Shown here one piece after another: positions 1 to 8,826 of a stretch of 45,150 nucleotides of DNA. The DNA is from a virus (lineage: Duplodnaviria; Caudoviricetes), in IMG/VR virus record IMGVR_UViG_3300048890_000033, positions 1-45,150 of that record; one strand, written 5' to 3'. A program made the position numbers and the translations under genes. A model generated the notes under the pieces. The model did not search any database. It saw nothing but the letters and a program-made list of their open reading frames with translations, and was not told where the DNA came from. The first letter of the stretch is position 1. The number at the start of each line of letters is the position of its first letter.

Positions 1-127
1 CGTGCTATTCCGGGACAGTGCCCCGATACCTTGATTAATGCTGTGGACGCGGAGTCCGGCTGGTGTTTTCATAATCGTAATGAATACGAGCAACCCGAAT
101 CGGGCCGACCACGCCATCCCCACCACA
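1..127. repeat. Terminal direct repeat (circular-assembly overlap), copy 1
   Basis: 1-127 is identical to 45024-45150; 127 is a common assembler k-mer length. Confidence 0.95.
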
Positions 128-274
128 GGGAGGGAAAGCAGAGACGTGCGGTCGGCCCTGTCCCTCGGTGCGACCCGGCGGGCATGGGAGAATCTTGAGC
201 GGATGGATTTCGACGGCCCCCTGCCGGATGCCGACAAAGGCGGGGAGGGGTAGGTGCCAGCGCTGGGCACTCAT
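35..274 (-). CDS. Hypothetical early protein
   Basis: ATGA-coupled to the upstream 271-381 ORF; no recognisable motif. Confidence 0.4.
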   Translation of the reverse strand: MSAQRWHLPLPAFVGIRQGAVEIHPLKILPCPPGRTEGQGRPHVSAFPPCGGDGVVGPIRVARIHYDYENTSRTPRPQH

Positions 275-381
275 GCCGCCTTGCCTTTCGGCGTAGCACC
301 TTGGGCATACACCTTTTGCGCCGCTTTACCGGGATGCTGAATAGGCGCATCTTGTCCAACATGGGTACCGACACGGCTCAT
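271..381 (-). CDS. Small hypothetical protein (36 aa, MSRVGTHVG...)
   Basis: ATGA overlaps with the cro-like stop and with the next start. Confidence 0.4.
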   Translation of the reverse strand: MSRVGTHVGQDAPIQHPGKAAQKVYAQGATPKGKAA

Positions 382-584
382 GCAGCGATCCGCCCGGGGT
401 TCTCGGGAAGGGCATCGAAGTCAGCAAACGAGACATCGATGCCGACCTTCTTGAGTTCGTCGATAATCCGGCCGCGCCAGTATGGGGGGACGCCCCGGCC
501 AGATTGCCGCCACTTCCTTCTATTATCATGAGAGGCACCCAAATGGGCCGCCGCCGTGTCCACAATTTGCCAGTTGATGCTCAT
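378..584 (-). CDS. Cro-like HTH regulator
   Basis: 68 aa, divergent from XRE repressor; 'AAAHLGAS..NRRKWRQ..RGVPPYWR' Cro/YdaS-like pattern. Confidence 0.75.
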   Translation of the reverse strand: MSINWQIVDTAAAHLGASHDNRRKWRQSGRGVPPYWRGRIIDELKKVGIDVSFADFDALPENPGRIAA

Positions 585-590
585 TCGGGC

Positions 591-633
591 AATATGGGAC
601 AGATCGTCCCCCCGGTCAAGGACAACATGTCGC
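591..633 (-). promoter_or_regulatory. PR-like sigma70 promoter with two operators
   Basis: Minus-strand TTGACC-17-CATATT (619-591); operators GGGAC-N5-GTCCC (596-610) and AGGAC-N5-GTCGC (619-633). Confidence 0.8.
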
Positions 634-668
634 CTGTTATTTCAGAAATAGGCGATAATGAACCGGAC

Positions 669-1127
669 ATGAAAACATGGATTGAGCAGGGGCAATTCGA
701 GGAAGCGCTGCGAGCACGGGTGATTGCCCTGCGGAAGGCGGCAAAGCCTAGAATCACCCAGAAGCAAATGGCTGATGCCATCGGCATCGAATTCGAGACA
801 TACAAAAAATATGAGACGCGCTCGCCAATGCCCGCTTATCTAATCCCGCGCTTCGCAGAAGTTATTGGGCAATCAATTCTGGTGGTTATGGGCGCAGAGC
901 AGGCCGGCTTCAGTGTAGATAACGTGGCGGGAAAATTGGCAGACCTGATGCGCACCCCTCCCCCGGGAGGGTGGAAGGAAGGACACGCTCGATGGCTAGC
1001 AGAAGGTCTTGGACATGCTCTCGGCTTGCCGACAGTTGATCATGCCAATCCGCCCACCCAGGATGGCCAGGCGCGGGCTCGGCCGCCTGCAACAAATCAG
1101 CCCGACGAAGGGCTGAGCGATACATAA
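669..1127 (+). CDS. CI-like XRE HTH repressor, no S24 peptidase domain seen
   Basis: 'LRKAAKPRITQKQMADAIGIEFETYKKYETR' HTH; divergent from cro-like gene. Confidence 0.8.
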   Translation: MKTWIEQGQFEEALRARVIALRKAAKPRITQKQMADAIGIEFETYKKYETRSPMPAYLIPRFAEVIGQSILVVMGAEQAGFSVDNVAGKLADLMRTPPPGGWKEGHARWLAEGLGHALGLPTVDHANPPTQDGQARARPPATNQPDEGLSDT

Positions 1128-1389
1128 AGCGAGCCAACGCACAGTCTTGATAGCAAGGCGCACACCTACGCTCGCACTGCGGCTCGGACAGTTCCGTTCT
1201 TTTCATTATAATCCTATCCACCCATCGCACAGGCGGGACGGCCCAGCTTTTCCATTAGGCGTCGGGCTGCATTGCGCAATGCAATATCGACCAGTTGCTG
1301 GCTCGCCCAAATTAATTAATTATTCGTTGCCAGAGTTGTACCATTCTGGGAGCGCCGCCGTAACGATTTTTCACAACGGCGGTTAAAAG

Positions 1390-1434
1390 GGGACAAATAG
1401 TCCTTTACAAGTGGGACAGATCGTCCCATACACT
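1390..1434 (+). promoter_or_regulatory. PL-like promoter with two operators
   Basis: GGGAC-AAATA-GTCCT (1390-1404) and GGGAC-AGATC-GTCCC (1413-1427, identical to 596-610); TTTACA -35 at 1404-1409. Confidence 0.8.
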
Positions 1435-1467
1435 ACCTCATCAGCCCACAAGCGATGAGGTCTCCAA

Positions 1468-1701
1468 GTGAACGTTCAGAACGCACAGCGCCAAGCCGAA
1501 CAAGCCCGCAAGGCTCAGGTTGCAGCATGGGCTCGCTGGAACAAATCAGACAGCGCCGAAGATATGGCCGCATGGGACGCTTCTGTCGTCGCCATGCGCA
1601 AGGCCGAAGACGTTGTTGATCGCGCCGAAGTCTGGGCTGACGCCAACGAGGATCGTCAGGCTGACTGGTGGGATGCTGCCGTTTCGAACGGGAGGGCTTG
1701 A
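1468..1701 (+). CDS. Hypothetical protein, first gene of the + operon
   Basis: GAGGT SD; Ala-rich helical ORF. Confidence 0.65.
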   Translation: MNVQNAQRQAEQARKAQVAAWARWNKSDSAEDMAAWDASVVAMRKAEDVVDRAEVWADANEDRQADWWDAAVSNGRA

Positions 1702-1704
1702 GCC

Positions 1705-2115
1705 ATGAACGCCCAATCCAAATTCAGCGCGGTCGCCGCGACCCTCCCCGAAATCCTCGGCTGGCACGAAACCCGCGCGGCGCAGAACATCCTGCGCAAC
1801 ATCGACGCCATGAACGCGCCGGCGAGCTGCACCGTGATCCGGCAGGGCGTCCATGAAGACCGCCGCGTCGTCGAATATGACCGCGAAGACCCCCGCGTCA
1901 TCACCCTCCATGCCATCGCTGAAACATGGTTCGAGATGGCAGAGGCTTATGCCCCACTGATCCTGCGCGATGGCTTTGCGGACGTGGACGAGCAGATCAG
2001 CGCGGCGATTGATGCGGCGGTGCGGCGGGAGGCTGAGCTGGACCGGGTTGCGGCGCTGCTGCTCGACGGCTTCACGCTGGGCGATGCTCGGCGGATGGCG
2101 GGGGAAGTGTTGTGA
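1705..2115 (+). CDS. Hypothetical protein
   Basis: GGGAGG SD; coupled to the next gene. Confidence 0.7.
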   Translation: MNAQSKFSAVAATLPEILGWHETRAAQNILRNIDAMNAPASCTVIRQGVHEDRRVVEYDREDPRVITLHAIAETWFEMAEAYAPLILRDGFADVDEQISAAIDAAVRREAELDRVAALLLDGFTLGDARRMAGEVL

Positions 2116-2330
2116 GCGAATACAAGATCATCAAAGGCGGCCCGCTCCCAACGCCATACGGCCAGAAATACCCTTGGCCGGATATGGATGTTGGCGACTC
2201 CTTTGAAGCGCCCGCCATTTCAAGGGGCACGATCTCTTCCGCTGCGACTTTGGACGGCAGGAAATACGGCAGGAAATGGTCAATCCGCAAGATTGACGAA
2301 AACACTATCCGCGTCTGGCGCATATCATGA
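2112..2330 (+). CDS. Small conserved phage protein, probable DNA-binding
   Basis: 'KYPWPDMDVGDSF...IRVWRI' motif common in phages. Confidence 0.7.
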   Translation: MSEYKIIKGGPLPTPYGQKYPWPDMDVGDSFEAPAISRGTISSAATLDGRKYGRKWSIRKIDENTIRVWRIS

Positions 2331-2506
2331 CCACCCCCATCCGAGGCGCAGGCCATGCGCAGGAGTTGGCCAAGGATGAACTGGTAGCGGCTTTGAACGG
2401 GCTGCTTGCGGGCATCTATCTGCACGACGAGGACGGCCTGACCGAACATGCGGAATGTGTCATCGCTGCCCGCGCGGTCCTCGCCAAATACGGCCGTCCA
2501 TCATGA
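2327..2506 (+). CDS. Hypothetical protein (59 aa)
   Basis: ATGA-coupled on both sides; 'ELVAAL...ARAVLAK' pattern. Confidence 0.6.
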   Translation: MTTPIRGAGHAQELAKDELVAALNGLLAGIYLHDEDGLTEHAECVIAARAVLAKYGRPS

Positions 2507-2796
2507 TCGCGCGGCAGAGAGAGCGCATATCCTGCGCGCTTGACCATCGCTGCGCTGACATGGGGTGCCCATACATGGGGCAGTTCAGCGGCATGGGCTG
2601 TGGTTGCCACCTGACGCGCGATGAGATGGCGATTGGGATCATCGCTGAACTGGTAGCAGCCATTGATGAGTTGGCGGATCGCGCTGAAAACTTCAGCGTC
2701 TCCGGCGTCTATTTCGATGAGCCGTGCATGACCGCAAATGTTGCGGCGCTCAAGCGTGCCCGCGATGCCGTCACCAGTGCGACAGGTGTGGCATGA
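2503..2796 (+). CDS. Hypothetical protein
   Basis: ATGA coupling. Confidence 0.6.
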   Translation: MIARQRERISCALDHRCADMGCPYMGQFSGMGCGCHLTRDEMAIGIIAELVAAIDELADRAENFSVSGVYFDEPCMTANVAALKRARDAVTSATGVA

Positions 2797-2939
2797 ACCC
2801 GCTCCACATGATCGCCGCCACCATCACAGCCGGGCTGATCGCCTGCCTCATCGCCTACGCCATGACCCATGCTGCGGACTGGCTCGATGACAAGATCGCC
2901 GCGCATTTCATTCACATTAGCTCTGGAGACGTATCATGA
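2793..2939 (+). CDS. Small membrane protein
   Basis: One hydrophobic segment; ATGA coupling. Confidence 0.55.
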   Translation: MNPLHMIAATITAGLIACLIAYAMTHAADWLDDKIAAHFIHISSGDVS

Positions 2940-3211
2940 GCAATATCGCAGAAGTGTTCGAGGGCCTGCTTGCCAAGCACAATCTCCATGTCGTCAGTGT
3001 CGGCATTAATACGCACTGCTCGGATGGCGCGCAATGGAATGCGACGGCCCATTGGGAAGGCTTCTCCCGCGATGGCATAGCCTGCGCGTCAGGACATGCG
3101 GCAACCCCGCGCGAGGCAATCGAGAAGGCTATCCGCCAGTCAATCGTCGACCGTGCCCCCCATGAGGCTGACGTGTCTGTTCCTGCGCTCGAAGTGGAGC
3201 AAACAGCATGA
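2936..3211 (+). CDS. Hypothetical protein
   Basis: GGAG SD; coupling. Confidence 0.65.
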   Translation: MSNIAEVFEGLLAKHNLHVVSVGINTHCSDGAQWNATAHWEGFSRDGIACASGHAATPREAIEKAIRQSIVDRAPHEADVSVPALEVEQTA

Positions 3212-3327
3212 AACTGGTTCCAGACTGGCACACCGCCCCCGCGTCGGATCGTCGCCTCGTCGGCTGGCAGCTTGTGGCGATTGCCGCGCTGGTGGTGGGC
3301 AACTTCGTCCTTTGGTGGACGCTGTGA
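3208..3327 (+). CDS. Small membrane protein (39 aa)
   Basis: C-terminal TM 'WQLVAIAALVVGNFVLWWTL'; coupling. Confidence 0.5.
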   Translation: MKLVPDWHTAPASDRRLVGWQLVAIAALVVGNFVLWWTL

Positions 3328-3593
3328 CCGCGCCCGACAGCCATCGTGGCTGGACGATCCGCCAAGGCTGCTGGCCGGAACCAGCATGGATGGCCACTGG
3401 CCCCGACTATGACGCTTGGACCGAGGGCGAAGGCGAGTGGGTGGACAATGGCGAAAAGGCCGATGCTCCGACCCGCGCGGCCCTGGTCATCGAGATTGAT
3501 GCATGGTTCGAGGAAAACTGGCCGGACATGTGCGGCGCCATCGCAGAACGCTTCCGCCAAACATGGAAGGAGACGAGCAATGTCCATCAGTAA
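3324..3593 (+). CDS. Hypothetical protein
   Basis: GTGA coupling; Trp/acidic ORF. Confidence 0.55.
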   Translation: MTAPDSHRGWTIRQGCWPEPAWMATGPDYDAWTEGEGEWVDNGEKADAPTRAALVIEIDAWFEENWPDMCGAIAERFRQTWKETSNVHQ

Positions 3594-4278
3594 CAACCCG
3601 CCGCCCTTCGAAACATGGTCCCTGCATATCGAGGAGTTGTTTGAAGAGGCAGGCAATTTTCTCGATGGCGAGCCCATCCTTACCCAAGGCCAAGCCGATG
3701 CCGTTGGTGTTCTTCTGGACGCCCTGCGCACAGCGAAGCGCGATGCCGACGCAGAGCGGGCCAAGGAAAAGAAGCCGCATGATGACGCTGGCAAGGCGGT
3801 CCAAGCTATTTGGAAGCCCTTGCTCGACAAATGCGACCTCGCCGTCTCGACCGCGAAAAAGGCGCTGACCCCATGGCTTCAGCATCTGGACGACATCCAA
3901 CGCGAAGCCGCCGAGAAGGCCCGCCATGAAGCCGAGGAGGCCCGCCTAGCCGCCATAGAGGCGCATCGGGCCGCGTCCACCGACCTTGCCGCCGCCGAAC
4001 GCGCAGAGGAACTGGAGAAGGCCGCAGCACAGGCGCAGAAGCTCGCCAATCGCGCAGACAAGGCCAAGCCGCAGGCAATGGGCGGTGCGAGGGCAATCGG
4101 CCTGCGCACGTCCTATGCCGCCATCATCGACGACCAGCGGGCATTGCTCAACCATTACGCCAAGGCCCGGCCTGCCGATTTGATCGCATGGCTTCAAGAT
4201 CAAGCGGACAGCGATGTCCGAGCGGGCGCCCGCAATCTCCCAGGTGTTCGCGTCGAAGAAATTAGGACGGCAGCATGA
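3580..4278 (+). CDS. Coiled-coil protein of the recombination module (Gam/Gp157-like role possible)
   Basis: AAGGAG SD; 'KEKKPHDDAGKAVQA.WKP', C-terminal 'LPGVRVEE'; directly before the annealase. Confidence 0.7.
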   Translation: MSISNNPPPFETWSLHIEELFEEAGNFLDGEPILTQGQADAVGVLLDALRTAKRDADAERAKEKKPHDDAGKAVQAIWKPLLDKCDLAVSTAKKALTPWLQHLDDIQREAAEKARHEAEEARLAAIEAHRAASTDLAAAERAEELEKAAAQAQKLANRADKAKPQAMGGARAIGLRTSYAAIIDDQRALLNHYAKARPADLIAWLQDQADSDVRAGARNLPGVRVEEIRTAA

Positions 4279-4901
4279 CCGACAATATGAAAATCTGGAA
4301 CGCTGTCCAGAAAACCAATCCAGCGAATACGAAGAAGGTCACGCAGCGCGGCGGCTTCACGTCGATATGTGCCCAGTCTCAAATCATGGAAGCGACCCGG
4401 CAGTTCGGCCCCATCGGGCAAGGCTGGGGCTATGAGTCCGAGACGCCGATCTTCCACGACAACCTCGCCTTTGTTCGCGTCACACTCTGGCACGGCGACC
4501 GCGCAAATGTGTTCGGGCCAGTCATCGGCGGGAGCGAGTGGAAGAACAATAAAGGCTATCTCGACAGTGATGCGCCGAAGAAGGCCACCACTGACGCGAT
4601 CACGAAGCTGCTTTCACAGCTTGGCTTCAATGCTGATGTGTTTCTAGGCCTGTTCGACGACAATAAATATGTTGCCGAGGTCACGAAGGAATTTGCCGAA
4701 CAAGCGGCTCCCGCGCCTGATCTCATCGCGGACGACACGCGCGACATGATCGCCACCCTTGCGCCCGCTGCCGGCGTCACGCTCCAGACGATTTGCGCCC
4801 AGTACAAAGTCGAGAGCCTGAAAGACCTGACCGTCGAACAGGGCGCCGCTGTCATCAAGCGACTGAACATCACGATCAACACGAACAAAAAGGCCGCATA
4901 A
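4275..4901 (+). CDS. Rad52/Sak-like single-strand annealing protein
   Basis: 'FGPIGQGWG', 'DAPKKATTDAITKLLSQLGFNADVF'; precedes ssb. Confidence 0.75.
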   Translation: MTDNMKIWNAVQKTNPANTKKVTQRGGFTSICAQSQIMEATRQFGPIGQGWGYESETPIFHDNLAFVRVTLWHGDRANVFGPVIGGSEWKNNKGYLDSDAPKKATTDAITKLLSQLGFNADVFLGLFDDNKYVAEVTKEFAEQAAPAPDLIADDTRDMIATLAPAAGVTLQTICAQYKVESLKDLTVEQGAAVIKRLNITINTNKKAA

Positions 4902-5324
4902 ATGCAGACAATCTTCATTACGGGCGCGCTCGGTAGCGATGCCGAACTGCGCACCACCCAGGGCGGTGACAAGGTTTGCAGCTTCAACGTCGGCAGCGGG
5001 CAGGGTTTTGGCGACCGCAAGACCACCAACTGGTTTCGCGTGTCCATGTGGGGCAAGCGGGGTGACAGCCTCCAGCCATATTTGCTCAAGGGCACGAAGG
5101 TTGCCGTCTGCGGGGAACTGGAGATCGGGGAGTTCAACGGCAAGCCGCAATATAATGTCCGCGCCAACGAAGTGGATCTGACCGGCAACCGGAATGCCAC
5201 ACGGCAGGACGGTCAGGCGACCGGCAATGGTGGGCCACAAACACGCCGGCCTGTTGAAGAGGAATTGTCGGACGATGTTCCTTTCGCGAGTTCGGACTTC
5301 GCCCTTGAGCGAAGGGCAAGCTAA
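4902..5324 (+). CDS. ssb: Single-stranded DNA-binding protein
   Basis: OB fold 'ITGALGSDAELR..T.WFRVSMWGKRG..YLLKGTKV'; acidic 'DDVPF' tail. Confidence 0.92.
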   Translation: MQTIFITGALGSDAELRTTQGGDKVCSFNVGSGQGFGDRKTTNWFRVSMWGKRGDSLQPYLLKGTKVAVCGELEIGEFNGKPQYNVRANEVDLTGNRNATRQDGQATGNGGPQTRRPVEEELSDDVPFASSDFALERRAS

Positions 5325-5800
5325 TGTCTCAGTTGGGCAAGGTCTGCTTCAAATGCCAGGAATATAAGCCCTATGGAGGCTTCTATCCGCATGGGCGGAT
5401 GGGGGACGGGTATCTCAATAAGTGTAAAGATTGCACAAAAAAGGATGCGCGCCAGCACCGCTTGTCCAATTCAGAAGTGGTGCGCGAAAAAGACCGAACC
5501 AGATCAAGATTGCCAGAACGCGTCGCGGCGCGCGCAGACCGAACGCGCCAGTACAGGACGATGCATCCAGAGCGGTACGCGGCCCACAGTGCCGTGAGTT
5601 ATGCACTGCGAAGCGGGCGCTTGGCGAAAACCCCCTGTGCGTTCTGTGGTGATAATGAGCGTCTCGAGGCACACCACCACGACTACAGCAAGCCGCTCGA
5701 CGTAACATGGCTGTGCAGCCCGTGCCATCGCCGGTTTCACGCTCTTGAGCAGATGGCAACCTATGAGCCAGCAACCATTGCGGCGGGAGAACAATCCTGA
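5324..5800 (+). CDS. HNH endonuclease with N-terminal Zn finger
   Basis: CxxC...CxxC; 'CAFCG...EAHHHDYSKPLDVTWLCSPCH'. Confidence 0.8.
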   Translation: MSQLGKVCFKCQEYKPYGGFYPHGRMGDGYLNKCKDCTKKDARQHRLSNSEVVREKDRTRSRLPERVAARADRTRQYRTMHPERYAAHSAVSYALRSGRLAKTPCAFCGDNERLEAHHHDYSKPLDVTWLCSPCHRRFHALEQMATYEPATIAAGEQS

Positions 5801-6153
5801 TGCTGCCTCGCTCCGCCTTCAAGCCACGCCACCAGAATAGTCATCGGGGCGACATCCTAAAGCGGTGCGAACCTTTCCTGCGCTGGCTCCGTGGCCGCCC
5901 GTGCCGCCTCGCTGATCGTGGGGGATGCGGCGGAAAGGTTCGCGCCTGTCACGTAGATTATGCCGGGGACAAGGGTATGGGAACGAAGGTCAACGACCGT
6001 CACGCCATACCAATGTGCGACGATCACCATGAAGCCCAGCACCGTTGGGGATGGCAAACGTTCGAGGCGAATTTCAAGATCAACGCGCTGGCTGATGCGG
6101 CTGTCTATTGGGCGGCATGGCCTGGCCGGTTCGAGTGGGAACGCGAGCGATGA
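5800..6153 (+). CDS. DUF968-like putative HNH nuclease
   Basis: 'LRWLRGRPC', 'GMGTKVND..AIPMC..HH..QH'. Confidence 0.75.
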   Translation: MLPRSAFKPRHQNSHRGDILKRCEPFLRWLRGRPCRLADRGGCGGKVRACHVDYAGDKGMGTKVNDRHAIPMCDDHHEAQHRWGWQTFEANFKINALADAAVYWAAWPGRFEWERER

Positions 6154-6554
6154 CGCAAACGCTTATCCTGTCTGGCTCTACCCAGCGCTTCAAGGCGAAG
6201 GCCCTGATCGACGTTGCCCCAGTCAATGCGGTGGTGAAGATTGACGCCCCACGGCGGACGGTGGACCAGAACGCGCTCATGTGGAGCCTGCTGTCTGAAA
6301 TATCGCGCGCCAAGCCGGAGGGCCGCAACTTGGCGCCGGAAATTTGGAAGGCGCTTTTCATGTCCGCAGTCGGTTTCCAGTGCACCTTCGAGCCGGGGAT
6401 TGATGGGCAAGGCGTGGTGCCGCTGGGGTTTAAATCCTCCCGGCTGACAAAGGCCCAGTTCAGCGAGCTTATTGAATGCATCCATGAGTACAGCGCGCGT
6501 CATGGCATCGCGCTGTCAGACGAAATTTCAACCAAGGGAGCGGGGAGCGCCTAA
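6150..6554 (+). CDS. ninB: NinB/Orf-family recombination protein
   Basis: 'RTVDQNALMWSLLSEIS', 'WK.LF', 'SSRLTKAQFSELIECI'. Confidence 0.85.
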   Translation: MTQTLILSGSTQRFKAKALIDVAPVNAVVKIDAPRRTVDQNALMWSLLSEISRAKPEGRNLAPEIWKALFMSAVGFQCTFEPGIDGQGVVPLGFKSSRLTKAQFSELIECIHEYSARHGIALSDEISTKGAGSA

Positions 6555-6574
6555 CAAGCCTCCCCGTAGAGATA

Positions 6575-6709
6575 ATGGAAATCCTCGAGCACGTCACCGG
6601 ACGCTATGTCCACCGCATCAACCCCATGCTGATTGCCCGCGTCATTGCTTACAAGCGATGGAATGCCGGGGAGGTTAGGCTGGCTGATCATAGGGATGCG
6701 CCGCGATGA
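6575..6709 (+). CDS. Small hypothetical protein
   Basis: 44-aa ORF coupled to the next gene. Confidence 0.4.
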   Translation: MEILEHVTGRYVHRINPMLIARVIAYKRWNAGEVRLADHRDAPR

Positions 6710-6900
6710 AACAGGCAGGATGCGCGGCTTGTGGCTCATATCCCGTTGGCGAGGACCAGTTTTGCGATCCATGTCGCGCGGAGTACTCGCCCGCCAATGA
6801 TCGGGATCATCCGCTAGTCTCGGATGAGTGTGGCTGTGCCGCTTGTAGAAGCGACGTAGCGAGGATTTATCCGTGCATGGGAGGGAATAGTGATGGCTGA
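6706..6900 (+). CDS. Small Cys-rich protein
   Basis: Several CxxC pairs. Confidence 0.5.
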   Translation: MKQAGCAACGSYPVGEDQFCDPCRAEYSPANDRDHPLVSDECGCAACRSDVARIYPCMGGNSDG

Positions 6901-7249
6901 ATGGCAACCAATCGAAACGGCGCCGAAGGATGTCCCAATCCTCGCGTGGTGCAAGACTACTTGCGACGATGATCGCTGTTCCTTCAGCGGTATAGGTGAA
7001 CGCACGCTAGCTCCAGACGGTTCTTACAGGCTTTGCCTCTATCATGGCCACGCTGAAGGAATGTCAGCCTGTAGCGGCGGACTTCAGATCATCGAATGGG
7101 GCGGCGGTTGGGACGATAACACCCACGAATATTCCGGGGGTTGGATGCCTGACTGGTGGTTCCGCGCCGGGAGCGAGTTCGAGGAATCCGCCAATCCGAC
7201 CCACTGGATGCCCCTCCCTCCCGCCCCCAACAACCAGGATGATGCGTGA
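6893..7249 (+). CDS. DUF551-type protein
   Basis: 'WQPIETAPKD...PTHWMPLP'. Confidence 0.8.
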   Translation: MAEWQPIETAPKDVPILAWCKTTCDDDRCSFSGIGERTLAPDGSYRLCLYHGHAEGMSACSGGLQIIEWGGGWDDNTHEYSGGWMPDWWFRAGSEFEESANPTHWMPLPPAPNNQDDA

Positions 7250-7449
7250 TGAGTGATTTTATCATCGAGCGTGTTCATTGCTGTGTGTGCGACGGCGCTG
7301 GGAAAGTCAGAAACTTTCATTTTTTCAAGCGCGATTGCCACGTTTGCGGCGGCACTGGCCAGCGGCGCATCTTGGTTCCTGTGAACCTTACGCTGAAAGA
7401 CGCGGATTGGGCTCGGATGGTGGCCATCATGGGAGGCGGGGAGACGTGA
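7246..7449 (+). CDS. DnaJ-type Zn-finger small protein
   Basis: Two CxxCxGxG motifs. Confidence 0.65.
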   Translation: MMSDFIIERVHCCVCDGAGKVRNFHFFKRDCHVCGGTGQRRILVPVNLTLKDADWARMVAIMGGGET

Positions 7450-7619
7450 CAGCCCCAGCGCGCTTCACGAAGGCAGATATGAAACGCGCTATCACTGGCG
7501 TCGTCGCTGCCGGCCTTCCTGTATCTCGGATTGAGATAGACCCGAACGGGAAAATCGTCATCCTTACCGGCCTGAAGAATCAGACGCAGGGTGACGGCGA
7601 ATGGGACGACCTCGAGTGA
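7446..7619 (+). CDS. Putative excisionase / recombination directionality factor
   Basis: 'RFTKADMKRAI....AAGL.V.RIEIDPNGKIVI...EWD'; GTGA-coupled to the integrase. Confidence 0.65.
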   Translation: MTAPARFTKADMKRAITGVVAAGLPVSRIEIDPNGKIVILTGLKNQTQGDGEWDDLE

Positions 7620-8695
7620 CCAAGGGCTTGCCGATATATGTCACGGCGTTTCCGGATAAGAACGGCAAGGCCCGTTACCGCTTCCGGCGCGTTGGCCACA
7701 AGGCCGCCTATATCAATGCTGAGCCGGGAACCGATGAATTCTGGCAAGCCTATCTTGCACTCAAGAACGGAAGGCCCGCGCCAGTCGGGGAAAAGCTTAA
7801 CGTCCCCGGCACATTCAACGATCTGATAGCGCGATATTACCGCAGCACAGCCTGGCACAACATCCCGAGCGAGCGGACCAAGATCGTCTATCGCGGTGAA
7901 TTTGAGCGGTTCCGCAACAAGTACGGGGACAGGCGCGTCGCAACAATGACCGCAAAGCATGTGTCCAATCTCATCGCGGCCATGTCTGACCGGCCCGGCG
8001 CTGCTGGCAACCTGCTCAAGCGCCTTCGCCAGTTGTTCGACTTCGCCATTCTCATGGGCATGAGGAAGGACAACCCCGGCAGGGTCGCTCGGGCACCGCG
8101 CAGCAAGTCCGATGGGTTCCACACGTGGTCTGAGGACGAAATAGAGTCCTTTGAGGCGACACACCCGCTCGGTAGCCGGGAGCGCTTGGCCCTGTCCCTG
8201 TTGCTCTACACCGCTCAGCGCCGCAGCGACATTGTTCGCATGGGGCCGCAGCACATCAAGGAAGGCAGGATCCGGGTTAACCAAATGAAGACCGGGAAAG
8301 AGCTTTACATACCGATGCACCCACGGCTCGCAGAAGCCATAGCCGCCTGCCCATCGGGCCAACTTGCCTACCTCGTCACAGCGCGAGGCGCGCCCTTCGC
8401 AGCCGCGAGCTTCGGCAACTGGTTCCGCAAAGCCTGCGACAAGGCCGCTTTAAAACAATGCAGCGCGCATGGCCTGCGTAAGGCAGCGTCCAGGCGCATG
8501 GCAGAGCTTGGCCTATCGAACCAGCTCATCAAATCCATCACCGGGCATACGTCAGATTCTGAGGTGGCGCGCTATACCAGAGGCGCCGATCAGGTCGTCA
8601 TGGCAGACCAAGCTATGGCCGCAATGGTCAAGAGTATGTCTAACTTGAAACCGGATGATATGTCTAACCATCGCGAAAGTGTTGGAAATGAATAG
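7616..8695 (+). CDS. int: Tyrosine integrase
   Basis: Catalytic R (TAQRRSD), K, HGLRK, GH and Y (ARYT). Confidence 0.95.
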   Translation: MTKGLPIYVTAFPDKNGKARYRFRRVGHKAAYINAEPGTDEFWQAYLALKNGRPAPVGEKLNVPGTFNDLIARYYRSTAWHNIPSERTKIVYRGEFERFRNKYGDRRVATMTAKHVSNLIAAMSDRPGAAGNLLKRLRQLFDFAILMGMRKDNPGRVARAPRSKSDGFHTWSEDEIESFEATHPLGSRERLALSLLLYTAQRRSDIVRMGPQHIKEGRIRVNQMKTGKELYIPMHPRLAEAIAACPSGQLAYLVTARGAPFAAASFGNWFRKACDKAALKQCSAHGLRKAASRRMAELGLSNQLIKSITGHTSDSEVARYTRGADQVVMADQAMAAMVKSMSNLKPDDMSNHRESVGNE

Positions 8696-8820
8696 TAATT
8701 TTTATGTTGTGGTGCACCCAACTGAGGTGTATTCATCAAATGAATCCAACGGCCTAATATGTCTAACGGGGCAGGGGCCGCGACGTAAGTCCGCCAAAAC
8801 CCCGCTATTCATGGCTAACC
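8635..8820. other. attP: arm-type repeats around a tRNA-3'-like core
   Basis: TATGTCTAAC at 8635, 8659 and 8758, ATGGCTAAC at 8811; 8710-8724 reverse complement is CAGTTGGGTGCACCA. Confidence 0.75.
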
Positions 8821-8826
8821 AAAATC

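Noticed and set aside
12-24. GGGACAGTGCCCC as a fifth operator
   Set aside because: 3-bp spacer instead of 5, and a mismatched half-site
1-127. 127-bp terminal repeat as a biological DTR
   Set aside because: Exact k-mer-sized overlap falling in the middle of an early operon; best explained as an assembly artefact
8710-8724. tRNA gene
   Set aside because: Only a 3'-end fragment, with no T-loop or cloverleaf
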